From: Eubacteriales bacterium
Lineage (GTDB): Bacteria > Bacillota > Clostridia > Oscillospirales > CAG-272
Assembly: GCA_045539995.1 (NCBI GenBank)
Contig: JAZQGJ010000070.1
Coordinates: 293-64,292, forward strand
Direction: 5' to 3'
DNA: 64,000 nt
Under the pieces are notes generated by a model. The model made no database searches, was not told the origin of the DNA, and saw only the letters and a program-made list of their open reading frames with translations. The position numbers and the translations under genes are program-made. Positions within the stretch are counted from its first letter, which is position 1; each line of letters begins with the position of its first letter. Positions 8,442 through 15,894 of this stretch are shown in pieces.

Positions 8442-8612
8442 ATGTGCAAGAAAGAAGAGACGCAGAACGCCATAGAAATCATAAAATCAGCAATGAAGAA
8501 TCATCAGCAGATGTTATTAACCGACAAGGATTATCCAAAGAAGGTAAAAGAGGCCGAAGAGATAATCAAAACGAAATTGTTGAGTATGTGCCCAGATTAC
8601 GAAAAGAATTAA
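8442..8612 (+). CDS. small hypothetical protein P3 (56 aa; MCKKEETQNAIEIIKSAMKNHQQMLLTDKDYPKKVKEAEEIIKTKLLSMCPDYEKN)
   Basis: Not in the ORF track because it is under 60 aa. ATG 8442 sits 8 nt after AAAGGAAG and is the positional homologue of the P1 start in the duplicated cassette. The track ORF 8444-8635 uses a GTG in another frame. Confidence 0.4.
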   Translation: MCKKEETQNAIEIIKSAMKNHQQMLLTDKDYPKKVKEAEEIIKTKLLSMCPDYEKN

Positions 8613-8661
8613 GAGAGATTGAAAAGGCAAAATGAACGCAATCCAAATATGTATTGAAAAT

Positions 8662-8737
8662 AAAAAAAGACACATCCTTGGACGGTGTAGGACGCGATAA
8701 AAATCGTATTTCCTACGGTGCCTCATCAGATGCATCT
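8662..8737 (-). ncRNA. candidate small RNA, unit D (long hairpin + U7)
   Basis: The minus-strand RNA is GAUGCAUCugaugaggcaccGUAGGAaauacgauuuuuaucgcgUCCUACaccguccaagGAUGUGUCUUUUUUU. It has an 8-bp closing stem (two G.U pairs) and a 6-bp inner stem. It starts 7 nt after the -10 of promoter 8744-8772. Confidence 0.45.
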
Positions 8738-8743
8738 GATATT

Positions 8744-8772
8744 ATTATACCCAAAAATTCTGAAATTGTCAA
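8744..8772 (-). promoter_or_regulatory. sigma-A promoter of unit D (TTGACA-17-TATAAT)
   Basis: Minus-strand reading: caTTGACAatttcagaatttttgggTATAATaat has perfect consensus hexamers and spacing. Confidence 0.65.
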
Positions 8773-8797
8773 TGAAAATTCAAACAATTTTGAACTG

Positions 8798-8873
8798 AAA
8801 AATAGTTAGAAGGCAATTCGCAAGAAGCGTCACCGGGGAGAAACATCCCAACGCTTCGAGCAAACTGCCCCTT
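8798..8873 (-). ncRNA. candidate small RNA, unit C (long hairpin, U5 7 nt downstream)
   Basis: The minus-strand RNA is GGGGCAGUUUGCucGAAGCGU-(20 nt)-ACGCUUCuuGCGAAUUGCCUUcuaacuaUUUUU. It has 12-bp and 7-bp stems with several G.U pairs. It starts about 8 nt after the -10 of promoter 8880-8907. Confidence 0.4.
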
Positions 8874-8879
8874 GCTAAT

Positions 8880-8907
8880 ATTATACCACGCCCACCCGAA
8901 AAGTCAA
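8880..8907 (-). promoter_or_regulatory. sigma-A promoter of unit C (TTGACT-16-TATAAT)
   Basis: Minus-strand reading: ccgTTGACTtttcgggtgggcgtggTATAATatt. Confidence 0.6.
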
Positions 8908-8916
8908 CGGGAAAAT

Positions 8917-8966
8917 AAAAAAAGCTTGCGCCAAGTATCAATTTGATCCTGGTACAAGCTTTTTTG
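8917..8966. terminator. intrinsic terminator downstream of gltX (bidirectional appearance)
   Basis: aaaaaaAAGCTTG-(26 nt)-CAAGCTTttttt is a 7-bp stem flanked by an A-run and a T-run. The large loop makes it weaker than the other terminators. Confidence 0.5.
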
Positions 8967-8977
8967 ATAATCAAAAA

Positions 8978-10429
8978 TTAAAACTTTGCGATTGCGGTCT
9001 TTACACGGGAGATAGTCTCGTCCTTGCCGATGACCTCCATAATCTCCGTAGCGCCGCCGGGAGTGACAGCCATACCCGAAGCGGCAATGCGTAAGCACCA
9101 CATAAGTGTGCCCGATTTTATTGCGAGCTTTTCGGAGAGGGCGACGAGACTGCTGTAAAGCGCGTCGTTATTCCACTCGCTTTGCACTTCAAGTACAGGA
9201 AGCGCTTCCTTTAAAATTTCGGGCGCGTTTTCAAGAGTTACTTTGTTTTTCTTGTTCACAAAAAGCTCTGCCGAATATTCGGGGAGAGAAATGAAGAACG
9301 AAATTTTTTCTTCAATACTGCTCAGCTTGTCAAGGCGGGAATTGAGAAGCATAAGCATCTTTTCTCTGTTTACGTTAGAGGGGAGCGTAGACTTTATGAA
9401 GGGAGCTACGGCTTCTTTAAAGCTTTCAAAGGGCATTTTGCGAATATATTCGCCATTGAACCATAAGAGCTTGTCAAAATCGAATACGGAGGGGGATTTG
9501 CTGATTCCCTCGATAGAGAACTCGCGCTTTAATTCATCCAACGTAAAGAATTCACTCTCGGAGTTTTTGGGACACCAGCCGAGTAATGCGATATAGTTTA
9601 CGATAGCCTCAGGCAGATATCCGTCGGCAACCAAGTCCTGAAAGCTTACGGCGCCGTGTCGCTTTGAGAGCTTTGAAATGCTTCCGTCCTCGTTTCTTCC
9701 CATAAGCAAGGGCAGATGAACGTAGGTCGGTCTTTCCCAACCAAACGCATCGTAGAGAAGCACGTACTTAGGTGTTGACGTGAGATATTCGCTTCCTCTC
9801 ACTACGTGCGTAACCCCCATAAGATAGTCATCAACGACGTGAGCAAAGTTATACGTGGGGTATCCGTCCGCCTTCATAAGAATCTGATCCTGAAGCTCGG
9901 AATTGTCTGTAGAAATTTCTCCGAAAACTACGTCGTAGTAGCTCGTTCTGCCCTCAAGAGGCATTTTCTGACGTATAACGTAGGGAGTGCCCTTGGCGAG
10001 CTCTGCGTCTATTTCTTCCCGTGAAAGATCGCGACAGTGTCTGTCATAGCCTCCTGTCGCGTCATTTTCGTGAAGCTGAGCCAAACGGTCTTTAGAGCAG
10101 AAGCAGTAATACGCATATCCCTTGTCAACCAATATCTGAGCGTATTTTGCGTAAATATCCTTTCTGTCGCTCTGAATGTACGGCCCGTGATCTCCACCGA
10201 CAAACGGTCCCTCGTCATAGCTTAAGCCTGTGATTTTCAACGTGCTTATAATCACGTCGGTTGCGCCATCAACAAGTCTTTCACGGTCAGTATCCTCAAT
10301 TCGAAGAATAAAATTTCCACCGTCGTGCTTTGAAATAAGAAAGGAATATAATGCGGTCCTTAAATTTCCTATGTGCATATATCCCGTGGGGCTTGGGGCA
10401 AATCTGGTAACAGTCTTATTAGAGTCCAT
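8978..10429 (-). CDS. gltX: glutamate--tRNA ligase
   Basis: 483 aa. Class I motifs HIGNLRTALY (HIGH) and KLSKRHG (KMSKS). Confidence 0.97.
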   Translation of the reverse strand: MDSNKTVTRFAPSPTGYMHIGNLRTALYSFLISKHDGGNFILRIEDTDRERLVDGATDVIISTLKITGLSYDEGPFVGGDHGPYIQSDRKDIYAKYAQILVDKGYAYYCFCSKDRLAQLHENDATGGYDRHCRDLSREEIDAELAKGTPYVIRQKMPLEGRTSYYDVVFGEISTDNSELQDQILMKADGYPTYNFAHVVDDYLMGVTHVVRGSEYLTSTPKYVLLYDAFGWERPTYVHLPLLMGRNEDGSISKLSKRHGAVSFQDLVADGYLPEAIVNYIALLGWCPKNSESEFFTLDELKREFSIEGISKSPSVFDFDKLLWFNGEYIRKMPFESFKEAVAPFIKSTLPSNVNREKMLMLLNSRLDKLSSIEEKISFFISLPEYSAELFVNKKNKVTLENAPEILKEALPVLEVQSEWNNDALYSSLVALSEKLAIKSGTLMWCLRIAASGMAVTPGGATEIMEVIGKDETISRVKTAIAKF

Positions 10430-10486
10430 ATTTAATCCTTTTCTTTTATAATTTTATTTTTATTTACATAAATTTCAAATAGGAAA

Positions 10487-10516
10487 TTGACTTCCTACAC
10501 CTTTATATTGTATAAT
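10487..10516 (+). promoter_or_regulatory. near-consensus promoter (TTGACT-18-TATAAT) pointing toward the histidine kinase gene
   Basis: aaTTGACTtcctacacctttatattgTATAATat. The predicted +1 is near 10523, giving a 5' UTR of about 186 nt. Confidence 0.5.
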
Positions 10517-10663
10517 ATAATATATGTGTCATTAATTTCATTCAAAACGAAATTAATGAGCGCCACCTTACGGCGACACTTCGAAAGCCTGTCGGCTTTC
10601 GCACATTTCTTGAAATATGGTTACTCGTGCTTGCTTGCAAGAAGACAGACACGAGCTTGACAT

Positions 10664-10692
10664 ATTATATCATATAAAGATGAATTTTTCAA
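10664..10692 (-). promoter_or_regulatory. near-consensus promoter (TTGAAA-17-TATAAT) pointing toward gltX
   Basis: Minus-strand reading: acTTGAAAaattcatctttatatgaTATAATatg. The predicted +1 is near 10657, giving a 5' UTR of about 228 nt that is antisense to the plus-strand leader. Confidence 0.55.
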
Positions 10693-10708
10693 GTACGGAG
10701 GGCAAAAA

Positions 10709-12169
10709 ATGTTTAAGAGTATTTTTTTAAAGCAGCTCACAACCTTCGGTCTTATTATTTTGCTTTCGTTTGTTCTCTTGATTTCTATAATAACGTCTAT
10801 TGTAAACAGCTATTCATTGAGTCAGAACACCGAAAGCGTGAAATGGACCGCCGCTGCCGCCAAGGCAACGATTGAAGAGGGCATAAAAATTAATAATAGC
10901 GAGTCATATTCTGATTTTCTTTCAAGCAAGAAAGAGAACATAGAGAAGATTACCTCCGCTTTGTTTTTGAGAAATGACAGAATGATGCTTTTCGTAACTG
11001 ATATGGAGGGAAACGTCGTTCTTGAAATGAAGGAGAACGCGGAGAGCGAAAGCGCGAAAAGCATTACCTCACCGTTGCCTGCGAAAATTTTAGAGGAAAC
11101 CTTTGATGACGGAGAGTATTATTCGGTCTCCGATCTTGACAAAAGCCTGAATACGCGCCACATAGTTTACGGACATCCTATCGTTTACGGAGACGGTCAG
11201 ACTGTAGGCGCAGTCTATGCGGGTATGGAATACACGTCCGATAACTTTCTTATGGGACTTATGATGGAGACCGTTGTCACGGCGTGTCTCTGGATCGCTT
11301 TGGCGGCGTTGATAGCGGCTTATTTTATGAGCGAAAGAATAGTAAGCCCCCTGCGTAATATGGCGACGGTATCAAAAAAATTCGCGAAAGGAAATTTCAG
11401 CGAGCGAGTTGCGGTTGTCGGCAGAGACGAAATTGCCGATTTGTCGGTTGCGTTTAACAACATGGCAGATTCGCTTGAAGAAATGGAGAATATGCGAAAT
11501 TCGTTTATCGCCAACGTCTCTCACGACCTGCGTACCCCTATGACCACTATTTCGGGCTTTATAGAGGGCATTAACAGCGGGGCTATTCCCGAAGAAAAGC
11601 GCAGCTATTATCTTAACATTATCGCGTCAGAGGTGAAGCGCCTTTCACGCCTTGTAAATGAGCTTCTCGACATAACCAAGCTGGAGTCGGGCAAGCGCAA
11701 GTTTGTCTTTGAAAGCTTCGATATTTGCGAAAAGGCAAGACTTATACTGATCTCCTTTGAGCAAAAGATCGAGAACAAAAGGCTTGACGTGGAATTTGAA
11801 TGCTTTGAAGATAACGTAGACGTTTTTGCCGACAAGGATGCCGTTCATCAGGTCCTTTACAACCTATGCGATAACGCTATAAAGTTTTCGCGAGAGGGCG
11901 GCTTGTTAAGAATATCCATTCTTCGCGGCGATCACGGAAAAATAAAGGTCTCCGTTTATAACGAGGGAGAGGGAATTGCAAAGGAGGATATTCCTTACGT
12001 ATTTGACCGATTCTATAAAAGTGACAGAAGCAGAGGACTCGACAAGACAGGCTCAGGACTCGGACTCTATATAGCGAAGACGGTCATTGAAGCGCAGGAT
12101 GAAAGAATTATCGTCAACAGCGTATCGGGCGAATACTGCGAGTTCGTATTCACCTTGACCGAAAAATAA
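10709..12169 (+). CDS. sensor histidine kinase (2 TM, HAMP, HisKA, HATPase_c); no cognate response regulator adjacent
   Basis: 486 aa. H-box SHDLRTPMTTI, N-box DNAIKF, G-boxes GSGLGL. The HAMP-like segment follows the second TM helix. Confidence 0.9.
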   Translation: MFKSIFLKQLTTFGLIILLSFVLLISIITSIVNSYSLSQNTESVKWTAAAAKATIEEGIKINNSESYSDFLSSKKENIEKITSALFLRNDRMMLFVTDMEGNVVLEMKENAESESAKSITSPLPAKILEETFDDGEYYSVSDLDKSLNTRHIVYGHPIVYGDGQTVGAVYAGMEYTSDNFLMGLMMETVVTACLWIALAALIAAYFMSERIVSPLRNMATVSKKFAKGNFSERVAVVGRDEIADLSVAFNNMADSLEEMENMRNSFIANVSHDLRTPMTTISGFIEGINSGAIPEEKRSYYLNIIASEVKRLSRLVNELLDITKLESGKRKFVFESFDICEKARLILISFEQKIENKRLDVEFECFEDNVDVFADKDAVHQVLYNLCDNAIKFSREGGLLRISILRGDHGKIKVSVYNEGEGIAKEDIPYVFDRFYKSDRSRGLDKTGSGLGLYIAKTVIEAQDERIIVNSVSGEYCEFVFTLTEK

Positions 12170-12202
12170 AAATTTAAAAGAATAAAACGAGGGGGTAAAG
12201 CG

Positions 12203-13459
12203 ATGACCGACAGAACCGTTTTGCATTGTGATTGCAATAGCTTTTTTGCGTCTGTTGAGTGTATGCTTGACCCCTCTCTTGCGTCTGTGCCTATGGCGGT
12301 TTGCGGCAGCGAGGAGGACAGGCACGGCATAGTGCTTGCCAAAAACGAAAAGGCGAAGGCGTACGGAATAAAGACTGCCGAAACCGTCTGGAGCGCAAAA
12401 AAGAAATGCAAGGATTTAGTAATTGTGCCTCCGCACCATAATGAATATCTGAGAGTATCGAGAATGGTAAATGAGATATATCGACGCTATACCGATCTGG
12501 TCGAGCCGTTTGGGATAGACGAATGCTGGCTCGACGTTACCGCGAGCCGTCGGCTTTTCGGGGACGGGCTCGAGATAGCCGAAAGAATACGAAACGAGGT
12601 AAAAAACGAAATAGGAATTACCGTTTCTATCGGCGTTTCATTTAATAAAATTTTTGCGAAGCTCGGCTCCGATTATAAAAAGCCCGACGCTATTACTCTT
12701 ATTTCTAAGGACAATTATAAACAGATAGTATATCCGCTTCCCGTTGACAGTCTGCTCTTTGTAGGCGAGAGGACTGCCGACGAGCTTAAAAAGGCGGGTA
12801 TTAAGACTATAGGCGAGCTTGCGTCTGTCGAGCCCTCGTTTTTGGCTTATAAGTTCGGAAAAATGGGAGCCATGCTTTCTACCTACGCAAGAGGTGAGGA
12901 CGAGTCTCCCGTCGCGTCGGTTTATGATAAAAACGACCCCAAAAGCATAGGCAACGGAATGACCTTCAAAAAGGATATATCCTCCGACGATGAAATCCGT
13001 CTCGGCATCGCCTTTCTCTCGGAGGAAATCTGCGAAAGAATGAGAAGAAAGGGCAAAAAATGCTCTACCGTGTGCGTTACCATAAAGGATACGATGCTAT
13101 GTAATATAACGCGTCAAAGGCAGCTTGCGTATCCTACCAATATATCGAGCGAGATATCCGAAGTCGCCTTTTCAATAGTTAAAAAGGAGTGGAAAACAGG
13201 GAAGCCCATAAGAATGCTTACTGTCACTGCCACAAGCCTTACAGATGAAAAAAACGCCTCGTTTCAGACAGACTTTTTTGACGACTGTGAACAAAGACGT
13301 AAAAGATCCGAGTCGCTTGAAAGAACCATAGACAAAATCAGAGGAAAGCACGGAAGAGCGATAATCTCACGCGCAGGGATAATGAGCAACGATATAGGTA
13401 TTTCAATTTCGGAAAACGAAAGGACCGACGCGGAAAACAGTGACAAAAAGAAAAAATGA
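12203..13459 (+). CDS. dinB: DNA polymerase IV (Y-family)
   Basis: 418 aa. VLHCDCNSFFASVE, GIDECWLDVT and SIGVSFNKIFAKLGSD are typical DinB motifs. Confidence 0.93.
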   Translation: MTDRTVLHCDCNSFFASVECMLDPSLASVPMAVCGSEEDRHGIVLAKNEKAKAYGIKTAETVWSAKKKCKDLVIVPPHHNEYLRVSRMVNEIYRRYTDLVEPFGIDECWLDVTASRRLFGDGLEIAERIRNEVKNEIGITVSIGVSFNKIFAKLGSDYKKPDAITLISKDNYKQIVYPLPVDSLLFVGERTADELKKAGIKTIGELASVEPSFLAYKFGKMGAMLSTYARGEDESPVASVYDKNDPKSIGNGMTFKKDISSDDEIRLGIAFLSEEICERMRRKGKKCSTVCVTIKDTMLCNITRQRQLAYPTNISSEISEVAFSIVKKEWKTGKPIRMLTVTATSLTDEKNASFQTDFFDDCEQRRKRSESLERTIDKIRGKHGRAIISRAGIMSNDIGISISENERTDAENSDKKKK

Positions 13460-13503
13460 GGCTGTATCAGATGCAAAAATTGATACAGCCTCTTGAATTT
13501 TTT
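13458..13503 (+). terminator. intrinsic terminator after dinB
   Basis: GAGGCTGTATCA-gatgcaaaaat-TGATACAGCCTC is a 12-bp stem followed by ttgaatttttt. Confidence 0.8.
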
Positions 13504-13531
13504 AAGTTAGGTTTTTTAATATGGAAGCCCT

Positions 13532-14128
13532 TTAATTTTGCTTTTTCAACTCTACAGTGACGCCCGAAAATTCTTTTAGGTCGTCTGTAAGATGAGAAAC
13601 CATAATTACGGTTTTGTCGGCGGAAAGCTCGTTTATTTTTTTGTATAGCGCTTTCCGTAGGCTTTTATCAAGCTCCTTTGTCGGCTCATCAAAAAGCATT
13701 ACAGGCTTGTCAGACGCCAACGCTCTCGCGATTGAAACTCTCTGCTTCATTCCGCCCGACAGCTCGTTCGGCAGCTTATAAAGGTCGCTTTCGTTGAATT
13801 TCAGCTCGAGCAGAAGCTTTTTTGCCCGCTCCGTCTTTTCGCTTTTTTCACCCTTTGCGCTTATAGCGACGTTTTCAAGCGCGCTCAACGTGGGGAAAAG
13901 TCGGTATTCCTGAAAGACAAAGGCGCAGTCCTTGCCGCTGACTCCCGTAATTTCGCCAGTATAGTCTGTGTCTAACCCTGCAATTATTCTGAGCAGAGTG
14001 GTCTTTCCGCTCCCGCTGTCTCCTGTGATGAGACAGACGCTCTTTTCAGCTATTACAAGGGAAAGGTCCTTTAATACGCTTTTTTCGCCGTAGGATTTGC
14101 TTATGTTATTCAGAACGATAGAAGGCAT
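13532..14128 (-). CDS. ABC transporter ATP-binding protein (short, NitT/TauT-like)
   Basis: 198 aa. Walker A GDSGSGKTT, signature LSGGMKQR, Walker B MLFDEP. Confidence 0.9.
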   Translation of the reverse strand: MPSIVLNNISKSYGEKSVLKDLSLVIAEKSVCLITGDSGSGKTTLLRIIAGLDTDYTGEITGVSGKDCAFVFQEYRLFPTLSALENVAISAKGEKSEKTERAKKLLLELKFNESDLYKLPNELSGGMKQRVSIARALASDKPVMLFDEPTKELDKSLRKALYKKINELSADKTVIMVSHLTDDLKEFSGVTVELKKQN

Positions 14129-14900
14129 TTTTTCTCCTCCTTGTAAATAGCTTAAGAATCTGCTTCGCTACATATTCAAGAGCAATACTCAAAAGAATTA
14201 TCCATATTGTCCAAGCGAAAAGGTCGTTTATTTCAAGAGTCGACTTCGCTCTGTATAGCTCTCTGCCTATCGAGCTTGCAGTGTAAGCAAGGACCTCTGC
14301 GGCGATTCCCGCCTTCCACGCAAGACCTAAAGAGGCTGTGAGCGCAGAAGTGAAATACGGCATTATTTCTGGCAGGTACAGGGCGTTTAATTTGTCCTTT
14401 AAAGAGAAATCGTACACCCACGCAACTTCTTTTAGCTCTGCCTTTACTCCGTCAAGGCCTGTCAGCATATTTTCATAAACAAGCGGCAAGACCATGATGG
14501 CCGATATGAATACGGGAAGTCGCTCGCTGCCCGTGAAGCTCCACACGAGAATTATAAAGGAAGCGACGGGAGTGGCGCGAAGAACGCTTATGACGGGAGA
14601 GACAAAAATGCGCAAGGGATAAATCTTGTGCGAAAGCGCAGAGAGAAAGATTCCCAGAAGAACACCCCATATAAATCCCGAAAGAATACGCCAAAGTGAA
14701 ATGAAGCTTATTTGCCAGAAGAAGGGGCTTTTTATAAGAGCGTAAATTCTTGCGAAAACCTCAAGTGGCGAGGGAAGTAAGAGCGGACGGTTTATAGCAA
14801 GTGAAGACGCGTGCCATATCACGCCCCATATAAGAACTGAAACAAAAACAAGCAGTCTTTTGTTTTTTATGGTTTTATTCTGAAATGTAGTAGAAATCAT
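14106..14900 (-). CDS. ABC transporter permease
   Basis: 264 aa, multi-TM, BPD-transport-like. Overlaps both neighbouring genes, so it is in an operon. Confidence 0.85.
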   Translation of the reverse strand: MISTTFQNKTIKNKRLLVFVSVLIWGVIWHASSLAINRPLLLPSPLEVFARIYALIKSPFFWQISFISLWRILSGFIWGVLLGIFLSALSHKIYPLRIFVSPVISVLRATPVASFIILVWSFTGSERLPVFISAIMVLPLVYENMLTGLDGVKAELKEVAWVYDFSLKDKLNALYLPEIMPYFTSALTASLGLAWKAGIAAEVLAYTASSIGRELYRAKSTLEINDLFAWTIWIILLSIALEYVAKQILKLFTRRRKNAFYRSE

Positions 14901-15894
14901 CGGCTGGTAAATTTCCTCCGATTGCAGTTTTGTCCATATCGTAAAGGACTTTAAGGAAGCTTGAAAGCGCCGCTTTCATTTCTTCTCCCGCAATGAACGT
15001 GATGTTGCATTTTGGGAGAGCCTTTTTCGCTATTGCGGCCTTCGGGATAATTCCGCTTGCAGCAATCGCCTCGGCTGCCAAATCCAAATTACTTTCGTCC
15101 GTTATATAATTTATTGAAGCCTCGTAGTCCTTGAGGAATTTTTCAAGGGAGGCGTTATAATTTTCGGCGATATCCTTGCGAACGACAACGCAGCCCTGTG
15201 TAAGAACGGTGTCTTCAACCTTGTTCCATTCTTCTGTAAGGTCGATTGCTACAGCAAGATTTGCAATGCCGTTATTTGCGGCGGTTACCTGCGCTATCGT
15301 GACCTTCGGCTCGGGAAGGAGCGCTATTTCAACAGCCCCTGTAGCTATAGCCGAGGTGAGAGAATCCAAGTCGGTATAGTCGTAGGAGAGGTTGACGTTT
15401 TCAATATTGTTCTCGTTGAGAATGTGTTTTAAAATGTATTCGGGAGTCTGTCCGGGAGTTGCCACGTATACTGTTTTTCCGGAAAGGTCGGAGAGCGATT
15501 TTACCTCCCCCGAGCTGTCAAGTATGTATAATACGCCAAGAGTGTTTATTGCGACTACCTTCGCGTTACCCTTTGATTTGTTGAAAAGCGTCGAGGCTGC
15601 ATTCGTGGGGAGAGCTGCAACGTCCACCTTTTCGCTTATGAAATCGGAAAGAAGGGTTGACGGGTCCGTATAAATATCAATGGACTCGTAGTACTTCGAT
15701 ATTTCCTCGCCGCCCGCCTTTATATCGTTTACGAGCTTTGCGCTTCCCATTCCCGTAGTACCCGAAAGAACGCCTATTTTCAGAGGCTTAACAGATTCCT
15801 CCGAAATAGGATCCTTTACGTCCTTTGGCGCGCAGGACGAAAAAATCGCGAGAATTAACACGAAGACCAATAATAAAGATGTAAGCTTTTTCAT
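14875..15894 (-). CDS. ABC transporter substrate-binding lipoprotein (NMT1/SsuA-like)
   Basis: 339 aa. Signal peptide with lipobox LAIFSSC. Periplasmic-binding-protein-like sequence. Confidence 0.78.
   Translation of the reverse strand: MKKLTSLLLVFVLILAIFSSCAPKDVKDPISEESVKPLKIGVLSGTTGMGSAKLVNDIKAGGEEISKYYESIDIYTDPSTLLSDFISEKVDVAALPTNAASTLFNKSKGNAKVVAINTLGVLYILDSSGEVKSLSDLSGKTVYVATPGQTPEYILKHILNENNIENVNLSYDYTDLDSLTSAIATGAVEIALLPEPKVTIAQVTAANNGIANLAVAIDLTEEWNKVEDTVLTQGCVVVRKDIAENYNASLEKFLKDYEASINYITDESNLDLAAEAIAASGIIPKAAIAKKALPKCNITFIAGEEMKAALSSFLKVLYDMDKTAIGGNLPADDFYYISE

Larger units (their letters stand above)
8307..8444. repeat. copy 2 of the duplicated bidirectional-promoter cassette (the full unit including the hairpin is 8223-8444)
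   Basis: See copy 1. The left flank agggataataaaaaag (8223-8238) matches agggaaataaaaaag (7338-7352). Full units are 222 vs 223 bp. Confidence 0.85.

Noticed and set aside
7424-8444. The two ~137-bp repeats as template and variable repeats of a diversity-generating retroelement.
   Set aside because: Differences between the copies are not restricted to adenine positions. The repeats are non-coding promoter regions, and there is no reverse transcriptase in the window.
10430-10657. A T-box riboswitch in the long gltX leader. GGUGGC resembles the UGGN of the T-box sequence and would match a G73 discriminator.
   Set aside because: The leader has no recognisable Stem I with a GA-motif or specifier loop. 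It has no full T-box consensus (AANNNGGGUGGNACCGCG). It has no antiterminator/terminator alternative, and the last hairpin is not followed by a U-run.
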